Made by a program: the position numbers and the translations under genes
Origin: Thermoanaerobaculia bacterium
GTDB lineage: Bacteria; Acidobacteriota; Thermoanaerobaculia; Multivoradales; JAHEKO01
Reading direction: 5' to 3'
Length of the DNA stretch: 64,000 nucleotides
Assembly (NCBI GenBank): GCA_041574955.1
Contig: JBFGNS010000003.1
Location: 2,640-66,639, forward strand
In this document: one piece after another, positions 1-9,114 of the stretch
Numbering within the stretch: the stretch's first letter is position 1
Layout of the letters: the number at the start of each line of letters is the position of its first letter
The notes under the pieces: model-generated
Seen by the model: the letters and a program-made list of their open reading frames with translations, nothing else
What the model was told of the DNA's origin: nothing
The model's database searches: none

Positions 1-1
1 T

Positions 2-1255
2 GGCGGCCGATTCGGCGTCCGTGTCTCGTACGTGCACAACGACGCCACCGACCTGGGTCTCGCCTACTCGATTCTGCTGGGTAGGGAGATGGTGGATGAC
101 TACTTCTGCGTAATGCTGTCCGACGAATGCTACATCGACACCAACCACCGCGAGCTGACTGCTTCGCCCTACCGAGACTCCATGGTGACCTGTGGGGTGT
201 TGCGGATGGACGACACCAGGGTCATCCAACGCAACTACTCGGTCGAGGTCGACGGCGAGTGGGTGGTGAGGCTCGTCGAGAAGCCGAAGCAGGTGACCAG
301 CAATCTGTTGGGTCTCGGGACGTTCGTCTTCCATCCCGGCATCTTCGAGGTGCTCGAGACTGCCTACGCGGAGGCGGAGGGCGGGAGCGTCGACCTGGTC
401 ACCCTCCTCGGGCAGCTGTGCACCCGTGGCGAGAGGATCCGCTACTTCGAGGTGGTGGGTGACTATGTGAACATCAACGACCGCGACGGGCTGCAGCTGG
501 CCAGGTACCACGCCCGCCAGAGGGCGATGGACGAGATCGAGATCTCGCTGCTGATCTACAGCGAGGGAGATGAGCAGGACATCCGCCTCACCCTGAGGGA
601 ATACGCTCGCGAGCAGCACATCAACCGGATCTTCGTGATCCTCCCGGACGACAACGAGATCGAGAACCTGGTGGCAGAAACCGGGGCCACGATCATCAAG
701 TGCCCACCGGGGATCGTGCACTACGGCGAGAAGATCAAGTACGCGATGGAGCGAGTGCCTGGAGACGTGCTCATGCTGACCGAAGCCAACTACTCGTTCC
801 ACCGCCGTGACGTGTCCAAGCTGCTCGCCTATCTACCGGAGGCGGACATGGTGATCGGCACCAGGACGACCCGCCAGTTGATCGAGCAGGGTTCGAACAT
901 GCGGGGCATCGTGCGGCTGGGCAACGTCATCCTGGCCAAGTTCCTGGAGTTCCTCTGGTTGAGCCGCGACTGTCGTTTCACCGACGTCGGTTGCACGTTC
1001 AGGGCGCTCTGGCGCACGTCATTCGACGACATTCGCCAGAACCTGGTGTCTCGCGGCCCCGAGTTCTCGGCCGAGATGATGATCGGGCTGCTGGAAGCGC
1101 GCGAGAGGATCATCGAGATTCCGGTGAGCTACCACAGCCGCAGCTACTCCATGTATCGCAAGTACCAGAACGTGAGCACCTTCTGGCGGATGGCCAGACT
1201 TCTCGTCGCGAGGCGCTTGCGGTGGCTGTGGAGCTCGCGGCCGTTCAAGAGTTGA
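2..1255 (+). CDS. Sugar-phosphate nucleotidyltransferase-like / family-2 glycosyltransferase fusion (5' end outside window)
   Basis: The frame stays open back to nt 2 (GGRFGVRVSYVHNDATDLG...). The N-terminal half looks like an NDP-sugar pyrophosphorylase fold. The C-terminal half looks GT2/DPM1-like (ISLLIYSEGDE, DVGCTFRALWR, PEFSAEMMIG, IIEIPVSYHSRS). Confidence 0.7.
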   Translation, partial: GGRFGVRVSYVHNDATDLGLAYSILLGREMVDDYFCVMLSDECYIDTNHRELTASPYRDSMVTCGVLRMDDTRVIQRNYSVEVDGEWVVRLVEKPKQVTSNLLGLGTFVFHPGIFEVLETAYAEAEGGSVDLVTLLGQLCTRGERIRYFEVVGDYVNINDRDGLQLARYHARQRAMDEIEISLLIYSEGDEQDIRLTLREYAREQHINRIFVILPDDNEIENLVAETGATIIKCPPGIVHYGEKIKYAMERVPGDVLMLTEANYSFHRRDVSKLLAYLPEADMVIGTRTTRQLIEQGSNMRGIVRLGNVILAKFLEFLWLSRDCRFTDVGCTFRALWRTSFDDIRQNLVSRGPEFSAEMMIGLLEARERIIEIPVSYHSRSYSMYRKYQNVSTFWRMARLLVARRLRWLWSSRPFKS

Positions 1256-1358
1256 GGGACCCGGCTGGGTCGTGGGTCAACTGACCCGCTGCCCCCGGAG
1301 GGCCGGCGTTGCATTCGCGCCGTCTTCGTCGCAGACTCGAACCCCTGAGGAGCACGCC

Positions 1359-2477
1359 TTGGAACCGACAGCGACCCCCGACGACAACTCCGAAGCCAGC
1401 CGGCAGGCGGTCGCGCCGCTGATGGACGCTGCCGGCGCCGAGCTGCAGGCGGCGCTCGGAGACCTGGCGGAGCGGTTCGGCGGCGCCGCCGATCCCGAGC
1501 GCACCGCCGAGGAGCGGCTCGAGCTGTTCGAGGACCTGACCGACTCGGAGGTCGGTGACAACTCGCTCGGCCGCGCCCGCAACCTGGAGCGCGAAAGCGG
1601 CCTCAGGCAGCTGTGGATCCAGTTCGAGGGCGGCAACCCCACCGGCACCCAGAAGGACCGTATCGCCTTCGCCCAGGCGCACGACGCGCTGCGCCGCGGC
1701 TTCGACACGCTGACGGTGGCGAGCTGCGGCAACTACGGCGCCGCGCTGGCGCTGGCCGCCTCGCTCGCCGGCCTGCGCTGCCTGGTCTACATCCCGTCGA
1801 GCTTCCACACCCGCCGGGTGGAGGAGATCGAGCGTCTCGGCGCCGAGGTGGCGCGCTCGCCCGGCGACTACGAGTCGGCGGTGGCGGCGTCGCGCGAGCA
1901 TGCCGAGCGCGACGAGCTGTACGACGCCAACCCGGGCAGCGCCAACACCGCGCTGCAGCTCGCCGCCTACGGTGAGATCGCCAACGAGATCTACGACGAG
2001 CTGCGCGACGCGCCGGCGATCGTGGCTGTGCCGGTGTCGAACGGCACCACCCTGGCGGGCATCTACAAGGGGTTCGTGCGGCTCCACCGGCGCGGCAAGA
2101 CGTCGCGCGTGCCGCGCATGGTGGCCGGCTCGTCGTCGGGCAAGAACCCGATCGTGCGCTCGTTCGCCCGCAAGCTCGAGCACTGCGAGGACCTGGACCC
2201 CGCCAAGGTGCGAGAGACGGCGGTCAACGAGCCGCTGATCAACTGGCATTCGTACGACGGCGAGGCGGCGCTCGACGCCATCCGCGACTCGGGCGGCTGG
2301 GCGGCCGACGCCAGCGACCGCGTGATGCTGCGCCAGGCGCGCAACCTGTCGGCGAAGGAGGGGCTCAACGCGCTGCCGGCCTCGTGCGCCGGGCTCGCGG
2401 TGCTGCTCGCCGGACACGCCGCCGAGCCGCTGCCAGCCGACCGCTATGTCGTTGTTCTGACCGGGAGACGCCGATGA
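1359..2477 (+). CDS. PLP-dependent enzyme, threonine-synthase/PALP fold
   Basis: Has the lysine motif GGNPTGTQKDR (compare NPTGSFKDR of ThrC), plus ASCGNYGAALA and PVSNGTT. The start is uncertain: TTG at 1359 follows a GAGGAG Shine-Dalgarno sequence; alternatives are GTG 1272 and ATG 1422. Confidence 0.8.
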   Translation: MEPTATPDDNSEASRQAVAPLMDAAGAELQAALGDLAERFGGAADPERTAEERLELFEDLTDSEVGDNSLGRARNLERESGLRQLWIQFEGGNPTGTQKDRIAFAQAHDALRRGFDTLTVASCGNYGAALALAASLAGLRCLVYIPSSFHTRRVEEIERLGAEVARSPGDYESAVAASREHAERDELYDANPGSANTALQLAAYGEIANEIYDELRDAPAIVAVPVSNGTTLAGIYKGFVRLHRRGKTSRVPRMVAGSSSGKNPIVRSFARKLEHCEDLDPAKVRETAVNEPLINWHSYDGEAALDAIRDSGGWAADASDRVMLRQARNLSAKEGLNALPASCAGLAVLLAGHAAEPLPADRYVVVLTGRRR

Positions 2478-3574
2478 ACGAGCCGCTCGACGGCACTGCC
2501 GTCGTCTACTGCGAGAGCGCCTTCGGCACCACCAACGGCAAGACCGCCCACGGCCTGGTGCGCCGCACCGCGCGCTACCGGGTGGGCTCGGTGATCGACT
2601 CGCGGCACGCCGGCAAGGACGCCGGCGAGCTGCTCGACGGCCGGCCGAACGGCATCCCGCTGGTCGGCGACCTCGCAGCCGCGCTGTCCGCCGCCGCCGC
2701 CTCGGGTCCGCCGGCGAGCCATTTCGTGGTCGGGCTGGCGCCCGACGGCGGGCGGCTGCCGGCGCCGGCTCGTGCCGCGGTGCGCGCCGCCATCGAGGCC
2801 GGTCTCCATGTCGACAGCGGCCTGCACGACTTCCTGTCCGAGGACCCGGTGCTGGCGCCGCTGGCGGCGGAGAGGGGCGTGCGCATCCGCGACATCCGAA
2901 AGCCGCCGCCGCGCGACGAGCTGCACTTCTTCAGCGGCAAGATCGAGCAGGTCACGAGCTTCAAGGTGGCGGTGCTGGGCACCGACTCGGCGGTCGGCAA
3001 GCGCACCACCGCCTGGCTGCTGGTGGAGGCGCTCGCGGCCGCCGGCACCGGCGCCGAGATGGTCGGCACCGGCCAGACCGCCTGGCTGCAGGGCGCCCGC
3101 TTCGCCACCGTCAGCGACTCGCTGGTGAGCGACTTCGTCTCCGGCGAGATGGAGCACGTCGTCTGGTCGGCTTGGCACGAGCGACGGCCGGAGGTGATCG
3201 TGATCGAGGGCCAGGGCAGCCTGATGAACCCGGCCTACCCCGGCGGCTTCGAGATCCTGGCCGGTGGTCGGCCGGACGCGATCATCGTGCAGCACGCGCC
3301 GGCGCGCAAGGAGTACGACGGCTTCCCGGGCTATCCGCTCCACCCGCTCGATCACCAGATCCGCGCCCTCGAGCTCGTCTCCGGCAAGCCGGTGGTGGCG
3401 GTGACGGTGAACCACGAGAACCTGACGCCCGAGGAGACCGCCGAGGCCTGCCGGACGATCACCGCCGAGACCGGTCTGCCGGCGTTCGACGTGCTGCTCG
3501 AGGGGGCCGCCGGGCTGGCGGAGGTCATCCGCCTGCACGCCGCGGCCGCCGCGACCGAGCGGGGCGATGGCTGA
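2474..3574 (+). CDS. DUF1611 / DgcN-like protein (D-glutamate N-acetyltransferase family)
   Basis: The N-terminus MNEPLDGTAVVYCESAFGTTNGKTAHGL and the P-loop-like segment VAVLGTDSAVGKRTT are typical of DUF1611. The ATG at 2474 overlaps the upstream TGA (ATGA). Confidence 0.75.
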   Translation: MNEPLDGTAVVYCESAFGTTNGKTAHGLVRRTARYRVGSVIDSRHAGKDAGELLDGRPNGIPLVGDLAAALSAAAASGPPASHFVVGLAPDGGRLPAPARAAVRAAIEAGLHVDSGLHDFLSEDPVLAPLAAERGVRIRDIRKPPPRDELHFFSGKIEQVTSFKVAVLGTDSAVGKRTTAWLLVEALAAAGTGAEMVGTGQTAWLQGARFATVSDSLVSDFVSGEMEHVVWSAWHERRPEVIVIEGQGSLMNPAYPGGFEILAGGRPDAIIVQHAPARKEYDGFPGYPLHPLDHQIRALELVSGKPVVAVTVNHENLTPEETAEACRTITAETGLPAFDVLLEGAAGLAEVIRLHAAAAATERGDG

Positions 3575-5906
3575 GGCCGGCGGCGCCGGGGCGCTCGCCC
3601 GGCTGCTGGTCATCGACCGGCTGGAGGTCGGCCCGGTCGAGCTCGAGCCGCGCCGGCTGACCGCCCGTTACCGTGTCGAGCGTGGCGGCGAGAGCGCCGA
3701 GACCGAGCTGGGCTACCGCTTCGAGCAGCACGTCTTCGACCCCGACGATCCGGCGGCGCGCAACCTGGCCGCGGTGGCGGCGTCGCAGGTGGCGCTCAAC
3801 TACGGCCTGTTCTGCCGCCGCATCGTGCTGCGCGGGCCGCTCGATGCGCTCGACCGCCGGTTCCTGGTCGAGATGGCCGCCAACACGGCGCGCGAGATCT
3901 ACGTCAAGAAGCTGCTCGAGCCCAACCCGTTCCTGGTCGGCGACGCCGTCGGGCTGCCGGTGGAGCGGCGCCGCAGCTACCTGCAGGCCGAGATCGAGTT
4001 CCCCGACGCGGTGGCGACGGTGGCGCCCGGCGGCTGGTCCACCGGCTCGACCGTGCCGGCGGTGCTGGCCAGCGGCGGCAAGGACAGCCTGCTGAGCTAC
4101 GGCCTGCTCGACGAGCTGGGCCTGGCGCCGCACTCGGTGTTCGTCAACGAGTCGGGCCGCCACTGGTACACCGCGCGCAACGGCTACCGCCACCTGCGCG
4201 ACAGCGTGCCCGAGCGCACGGCGCGCGTCTGGACCAGCTCGGACCGGGTGTTCAACTGGATGCTGCGGCAGCTGCCGTTCATCCGGCCCGACTTCGCCGA
4301 CGTGCGCGCCGACGAGTACCCGATCCGGCTGTGGACGGTGGCGGTGTTCCTGTTCGGCGCGCTGCCGGTGCTGCGCGCGCGCGGTCTCGGCCGGCTGGTG
4401 ATCGGCGACGAGTTCGACACCAGCGTGCGGCTGCGCCACGAGGGTGTCCCGCACTACGACGGGCTGTTCGATCAGAGCCGCCGGTTCGACGAGCGGCTGA
4501 CCCGCTACTTCGTCGACAAGGGCTGGGGGGTGCGCCAGTTCTCGCTGCTGCGGCCGCTCTCGGAGCTGCTCATCCAGCGGCTGCTGGGCGAGCGCTACCC
4601 CGAGCTCCACCGCCACCAGGTCTCCTGCCACGCGACCCATATCGAGGACGAGCGCACGCGGCCTTGCGGCAGGTGCGAGAAGTGCCGCCGCATCGTCGGC
4701 ATGCACCTGGCGCTGGGTCTCGACGCCACCGCCTGCGGCTACAGCGAGGCCCAGGTCGAGCGCTGCCTGGCCGAGCTGGCGCGTCGCGGCGTCCACCAGG
4801 AGGCCGCCGGCGCCCGCCAGCTGGCCTGGATGCTGCGCGGCCGTGAGCTGCTGCCGCCCGACGCCCCCGGGCTGGCGGCGGCGCGCGAGCACCCCGAGAT
4901 CCTGCGCCTGCGCTTCCACCCCGAGGCGTCGCCGCCGCAGGCCGTACCGTCGGACCTGCGGTCCGGCGTCTGGCGGCTGATGCTCGAGCACGCCGACGGC
5001 GCGGTCGAGCGGCAGGCGCGGCAGTGGGTTCCGTTCGAGCCGCTGGCGCCCGAGGTGCTGGCGCTGCCGTACCCGTTCGAGCCGGCGCCGGCCGAGCGGC
5101 CGCCGCCGCCGCCCAGCGGCGGGCCGTCGGGCTACCTGCTGGGCGAGCTCACCTGGCCGGTCGCCGAGGCGCGGCTGGCCGAGACCGACACCGCGCTGCT
5201 GCCGGTGGGCGCCATCGAGCAGCACGGCCTGCATCTGCCGCTCGACACCGACTCCTGGGACGCCGACCACGTCTGCCGGAGGGTGGCCGAGAACTGCAGC
5301 GATCCCAGGCCGCTGGTGCTGCCGTTGATCCCCTACGGCGTCTCGTACCACCACCTCGACTTCCCGGGCACGCTCTCGGTCAGCCCCGAGACGCTGTCGC
5401 GGCTGGTCTACGAGATCGGGATCAGCGCCGCCCGCCACGGCATCCGCAAGCTGGTGATCGTCAACGGCCACGGCGGCAACGCCCCGACCCTCCAGTTCGC
5501 CGCCCAGATCATCAACCGCGACGCCCACATCTTCACCTGCGTCGACTCGGGCGAGACATCCGACGCCGACATCGAGCGCATCGTGGAGACCGAGGGCGAC
5601 GTGCACGCCGGCGAGATCGAGACCTCGACCGCTCTGGCCAGCCGGCCGGAGCTGGTGGACATGAGCCGCGCGCGGCCCGAGGTGCAGCGGTTCTCGAGCC
5701 AGTACCTCAACTTCGGCTCCAAGCGATCGGTGGAGTGGTACGCGCACACCTCGCGCATCTCCGAGACCGGCGTGATGGGCGATCCCACCAAGGCCAGCCG
5801 CGAAAAGGGCGAGCGGATCTGGCGGGTGATGATCGACCGGCTGACCGAGTTCGTCGAGTCGCTCAAGCGGATGAGCCTCGACGAGATCCACGAGCAGCGG
5901 TTGTGA
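3567..5906 (+). CDS. Fusion protein: unknown N-terminal domain + PP-loop ATP-pyrophosphatase-like domain + creatininase-family amidohydrolase
   Basis: PP-loop motif LASGGKDSLLSYG and cysteine cluster SCH...CGRCEKCRR, then a Pro-rich linker (ERPPPPPSGGPSG). The creatininase-family part shows LLPVGAIEQHGLHLPLDTD, IVNGHGGN and HAGEIETS. Overlaps the upstream gene by 8 nt. Confidence 0.75.
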   Translation: MAEAGGAGALARLLVIDRLEVGPVELEPRRLTARYRVERGGESAETELGYRFEQHVFDPDDPAARNLAAVAASQVALNYGLFCRRIVLRGPLDALDRRFLVEMAANTAREIYVKKLLEPNPFLVGDAVGLPVERRRSYLQAEIEFPDAVATVAPGGWSTGSTVPAVLASGGKDSLLSYGLLDELGLAPHSVFVNESGRHWYTARNGYRHLRDSVPERTARVWTSSDRVFNWMLRQLPFIRPDFADVRADEYPIRLWTVAVFLFGALPVLRARGLGRLVIGDEFDTSVRLRHEGVPHYDGLFDQSRRFDERLTRYFVDKGWGVRQFSLLRPLSELLIQRLLGERYPELHRHQVSCHATHIEDERTRPCGRCEKCRRIVGMHLALGLDATACGYSEAQVERCLAELARRGVHQEAAGARQLAWMLRGRELLPPDAPGLAAAREHPEILRLRFHPEASPPQAVPSDLRSGVWRLMLEHADGAVERQARQWVPFEPLAPEVLALPYPFEPAPAERPPPPPSGGPSGYLLGELTWPVAEARLAETDTALLPVGAIEQHGLHLPLDTDSWDADHVCRRVAENCSDPRPLVLPLIPYGVSYHHLDFPGTLSVSPETLSRLVYEIGISAARHGIRKLVIVNGHGGNAPTLQFAAQIINRDAHIFTCVDSGETSDADIERIVETEGDVHAGEIETSTALASRPELVDMSRARPEVQRFSSQYLNFGSKRSVEWYAHTSRISETGVMGDPTKASREKGERIWRVMIDRLTEFVESLKRMSLDEIHEQRL

Positions 5907-5949
5907 GGCGGCCGGCGGCGGGCGACACCGCCGGCGGCGCCGGGTCGCC

Positions 5950-7014
5950 ATGAAGATCGTCCGGCTCGAGGCGTGGAGCGTGCGGCTCGGGCTGCGCGAG
6001 CCGTACGCCATCGCCTACGACCGGATCGAGTCGGTGGACAACGTCTTCGTGCGGCTGGTCACCGACAGCGGCCCGCCGGGCTACGGCTGCGCCGCACCCG
6101 ATCCGGCGGTCACCGGAGAGAGCGCGGCGGCGGTGCTGGCGGCAGTCGAGAGCGCCGGCAGCGAGCTGCGCGGCGCCGACCCGCTGCGCCGCATGCGGCT
6201 GCTCGAGCGGCTGCGCGAGCCGCTGGCCGATCGCCCCGGCGCGCTGTCGGCCATCGACATGGCGCTCCACGACCTGCTCGGCAAGGCCAGCGGCCTGCCG
6301 TTGTGGCGGCTGCTGGGCGGCTACCGCGAGTCGATCGCCACCAGCGTCACCATCGGCATCCTGCCGCTCGACGAGACGCTCGAGCGCGCCCGCAGGCATG
6401 TGGGCGAGGGGTTTCGCAGCCTCAAGCTGAAGGGCGGGCTCGACGTCGAGCTGGACGTGGAGCGGGTGCGGCGCACGCGCGAGACGGTGGGCCAGAAGGT
6501 CGAGCTCCGATTCGACGCCAACCAGGGCTACAGCTACGACGACACCATGCGGTTCGTCGAGGGGGTGCGGGAGGCGCGGCTCGAGCTCCTTGAGCAGCCC
6601 ACCGCGGCCGGCGAGGCGGATCTGCTGGGTCGCGTCACCGCCGCCGTCGAGCTGCCGGTGATGGCCGACGAGAGCCTGCTGACCCTGCGCGACGCCTTCC
6701 GGCTGGCGGGCGACGAGCTGGCCGATATGGTCAACGTCAAGCTGGTCAAGGTGGGCGGTCTGGCCGAGGCGCTGCGGATCACCGCGGTGGCGCGCGCGGC
6801 GCGGCTCGAGGTGATGGTCGGCTCGATGGACGAGTCGGCGCTCGGCATCGCCGCCGGCCTCGCCCTCGCGCTGGCCCGACCGGGCGTCGCCTACGCCGAC
6901 CTCGACGGGCACCTGGAGCTCGTCGACGACCCGGCGGCGGGGGCGGTCGTGCTGCGCGGCGGCGAGCTCCATCCCAGCGACGCGCCGGGGCTCGGGGTGG
7001 AGCTGCCGGACTGA
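5950..7014 (+). CDS. Enolase-superfamily dipeptide / N-acyl-amino-acid epimerase (L-Ala-D/L-Glu epimerase / DgcA-like)
   Basis: Shows SLKLKGG, RFDANQGY, LLEQP, VMADES, NVKLVKVGG and MVGSMDES, which match the metal-ligand and catalytic Lys pattern of the MLE subgroup. Confidence 0.85.
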   Translation: MKIVRLEAWSVRLGLREPYAIAYDRIESVDNVFVRLVTDSGPPGYGCAAPDPAVTGESAAAVLAAVESAGSELRGADPLRRMRLLERLREPLADRPGALSAIDMALHDLLGKASGLPLWRLLGGYRESIATSVTIGILPLDETLERARRHVGEGFRSLKLKGGLDVELDVERVRRTRETVGQKVELRFDANQGYSYDDTMRFVEGVREARLELLEQPTAAGEADLLGRVTAAVELPVMADESLLTLRDAFRLAGDELADMVNVKLVKVGGLAEALRITAVARAARLEVMVGSMDESALGIAAGLALALARPGVAYADLDGHLELVDDPAAGAVVLRGGELHPSDAPGLGVELPD

Positions 7015-7152
7015 GTCCACGCGCCGCCCCGGTGGGGTATCGTGGGTAGGCAAACGCTCGCGCCGCGACTCGGCTCGGTCGCCCACCGCCGCCGCAGTCG
7101 GGCTCCGCTCCTCCGACGCGCCGTGGACGACTCTCTCGAAGGCCGACTCTGA

Positions 7153-9114
7153 ATGTGCGGACTGGTAGGCATTCTCGGCGGCGGCTCGCCCGCTGAGCGC
7201 CGCGAGCTGGCGGCACGGATGGCCGGCACCCTCGGCCACCGCGGGCCTGACGGCGAGGGCCTGTTCTCCGACGAGGAGTGCGCGCTCGGCTTCCGGCGAC
7301 TGGCGATCGTCGACCTCGACGCCGACTCGCCGCCGTTTCCCAACGAGGACGGCACGGTGTGGAGCCTGGCCAACGCCGAGATCTACAACTCGGCCGAGCT
7401 CGAGGCCGGGCTGGTCGAGCGCGGCCACCGGCTGCGCACCCGGGTCGACACCGAGGTCATCCCGCACCTGTACGAGGAGCGCGGCGCCGATCTGGTCGCC
7501 GAGCTCAACGGCATGTTCGCGCTGGCGGTGTGGGACGCGCCGCGCCGGCGGCTGGTGCTGGCGCGCGACCGGGCGGGCGAGAAGCCGCTCTACTGGTGGC
7601 AGCGCGACGGCGAGCTGGCGTTCGCCTCCGAGCTGAGGGCGCTGGTAGCCCATCCGCGGGTCGGCCGCCAGATCGACCCGGTGGCGCTGTCGCGCTACCT
7701 GCTGCACGACTTCTTCCCGGCGCCCCTGACGCCGTTCGCCGGCGTCCGCAAGCTGCCGGCCGGCCACCTGCTGGTGGCGAGTGGCGGCGAGGTCGTGGTG
7801 CGCCCGTACTGGGACCTGGCCGAGCACTTCGGCGCGCCCGAGCTCGGCCGGCGGCTGCCGGGCCTGGTGGCCGAGGAGCTGGACGAGCGAATCGGCCGGG
7901 CGGTGGAGCGGCGGCGGCGCAGCGACGTGCCGGTGGGGGTGTTCCTGTCGGGCGGCATCGACTCGTCCACCGTGCTGGCCCACATGGCCGAGCAGCAGGG
8001 CCCCGGGGTGCCGGTCTTCTCGCTCGGCCACCGTGACCTCGGCTTCGACGAGTCGCGCTTCGCCCGCGACACGGCGCGCCACTTCGACGCCGACTTCCAC
8101 GAGCTGGTGCTGGACGAGGCCGACCTCGCCGACGGGCTCGACGCCGTCGGCGCCGGCTTCGACGAGCCGCTGGGCGACGCATCGATCATTCCCTCCCACC
8201 TGCTGGCGCGCTTCGCCCGGCAGCGGGTCAAGGTGGTGCTGTCGGGCGAGGGCGCCGACGAGCTGTTCGCCGGCTACCCGACCTACCTCGGCCACCGGCT
8301 GGCCGAGCGCTACCGCCGGCTGCCGCCGGGGCTGCGGCGGTGGCTGGTGCGGGCCGTGGCGCGGCTGATGCCGGTGAGCATGGGCAACGTAGCTGCCGAC
8401 TACCTGCTCAGCCGGTTCGCGGCCGCCGCCGAGCGCGAGCTGGTGGAGCGCCACCACGTCTGGTTCGGCAGCCTGGGACCGGGGCGGCAGGGGGAGGTGC
8501 TGGCGGCGCGGGTGACCGCCCGGCTGGCGGGCGACGATCCGCTGGCCTCGGCGCGGGCGCGGCTCGACGGGCGGCAGCTGCCCGACGACCTGGCGCGGCT
8601 GCTCTACACCGACTTCACGATGTACCTGCAGGACGACCTGCTGACCAAGGTGGACCGCGCCACCATGCTGGCCTCGCTCGAGGCGAGGGCGCCGTTTCTC
8701 GACCACGAGCTGGCCGAGTTCGCCGCTGGCCTGCCGTCGTCGCTCAAGCTGCCGCCGACGCTGGTGCCGACAGGCGCTACCGGCAAGGCGATCCTGCGCC
8801 AGGCCGTGCGTCACCGCCTGCCGCCGGCGGTGCTCGGCCGGCGCAAGCGCGGCTTCAACATCCCGTTCTCGCGCTGGCTGCTCCACGGCCTGGGCGAGCG
8901 GCTGCGCGACCGGTTCAGCCGCGAGCGGGTGGAGGCGCGCGGCCTGCTGTCGCCGGCCGGCGTGGCGCGACTGCTCGACGAGCACCTGTCGCGCGCCGCC
9001 GACCACCGCAAGCCGCTGTTCACGCTGCTGGTTCTCGACCTGTGGTGCGACCGCGAGTTCGGCGAGACGGCGCCGGTACCGCTGGCCGCCGGGTCGGGCG
9101 AGGAGGCGGGGTGA
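7153..9114 (+). CDS. asnB: Asparagine synthase (glutamine-hydrolysing) family amidotransferase
   Basis: Starts MCGLVG (Cys2 nucleophile); also shows RGPDG, FRRLAIVD, and the PP-loop VGVFLSGGIDSS. Confidence 0.9.
   Translation: MCGLVGILGGGSPAERRELAARMAGTLGHRGPDGEGLFSDEECALGFRRLAIVDLDADSPPFPNEDGTVWSLANAEIYNSAELEAGLVERGHRLRTRVDTEVIPHLYEERGADLVAELNGMFALAVWDAPRRRLVLARDRAGEKPLYWWQRDGELAFASELRALVAHPRVGRQIDPVALSRYLLHDFFPAPLTPFAGVRKLPAGHLLVASGGEVVVRPYWDLAEHFGAPELGRRLPGLVAEELDERIGRAVERRRRSDVPVGVFLSGGIDSSTVLAHMAEQQGPGVPVFSLGHRDLGFDESRFARDTARHFDADFHELVLDEADLADGLDAVGAGFDEPLGDASIIPSHLLARFARQRVKVVLSGEGADELFAGYPTYLGHRLAERYRRLPPGLRRWLVRAVARLMPVSMGNVAADYLLSRFAAAAERELVERHHVWFGSLGPGRQGEVLAARVTARLAGDDPLASARARLDGRQLPDDLARLLYTDFTMYLQDDLLTKVDRATMLASLEARAPFLDHELAEFAAGLPSSLKLPPTLVPTGATGKAILRQAVRHRLPPAVLGRRKRGFNIPFSRWLLHGLGERLRDRFSRERVEARGLLSPAGVARLLDEHLSRAADHRKPLFTLLVLDLWCDREFGETAPVPLAAGSGEEAG

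Noticed and set aside
8340-9110. The 5' extension of the TolC-fusion ORF, and similar extensions of the ORFs at 2384, 11459, 46644, 47447, 44373-46028, 41859-44060 and 20702-23017.
   Set aside because: The extensions overlap the well-supported upstream genes and are compositionally R/A/G/P-rich. Internal starts with Shine-Dalgarno sequences, signal peptides or 4-nt stop/start overlaps give products of family-typical length.
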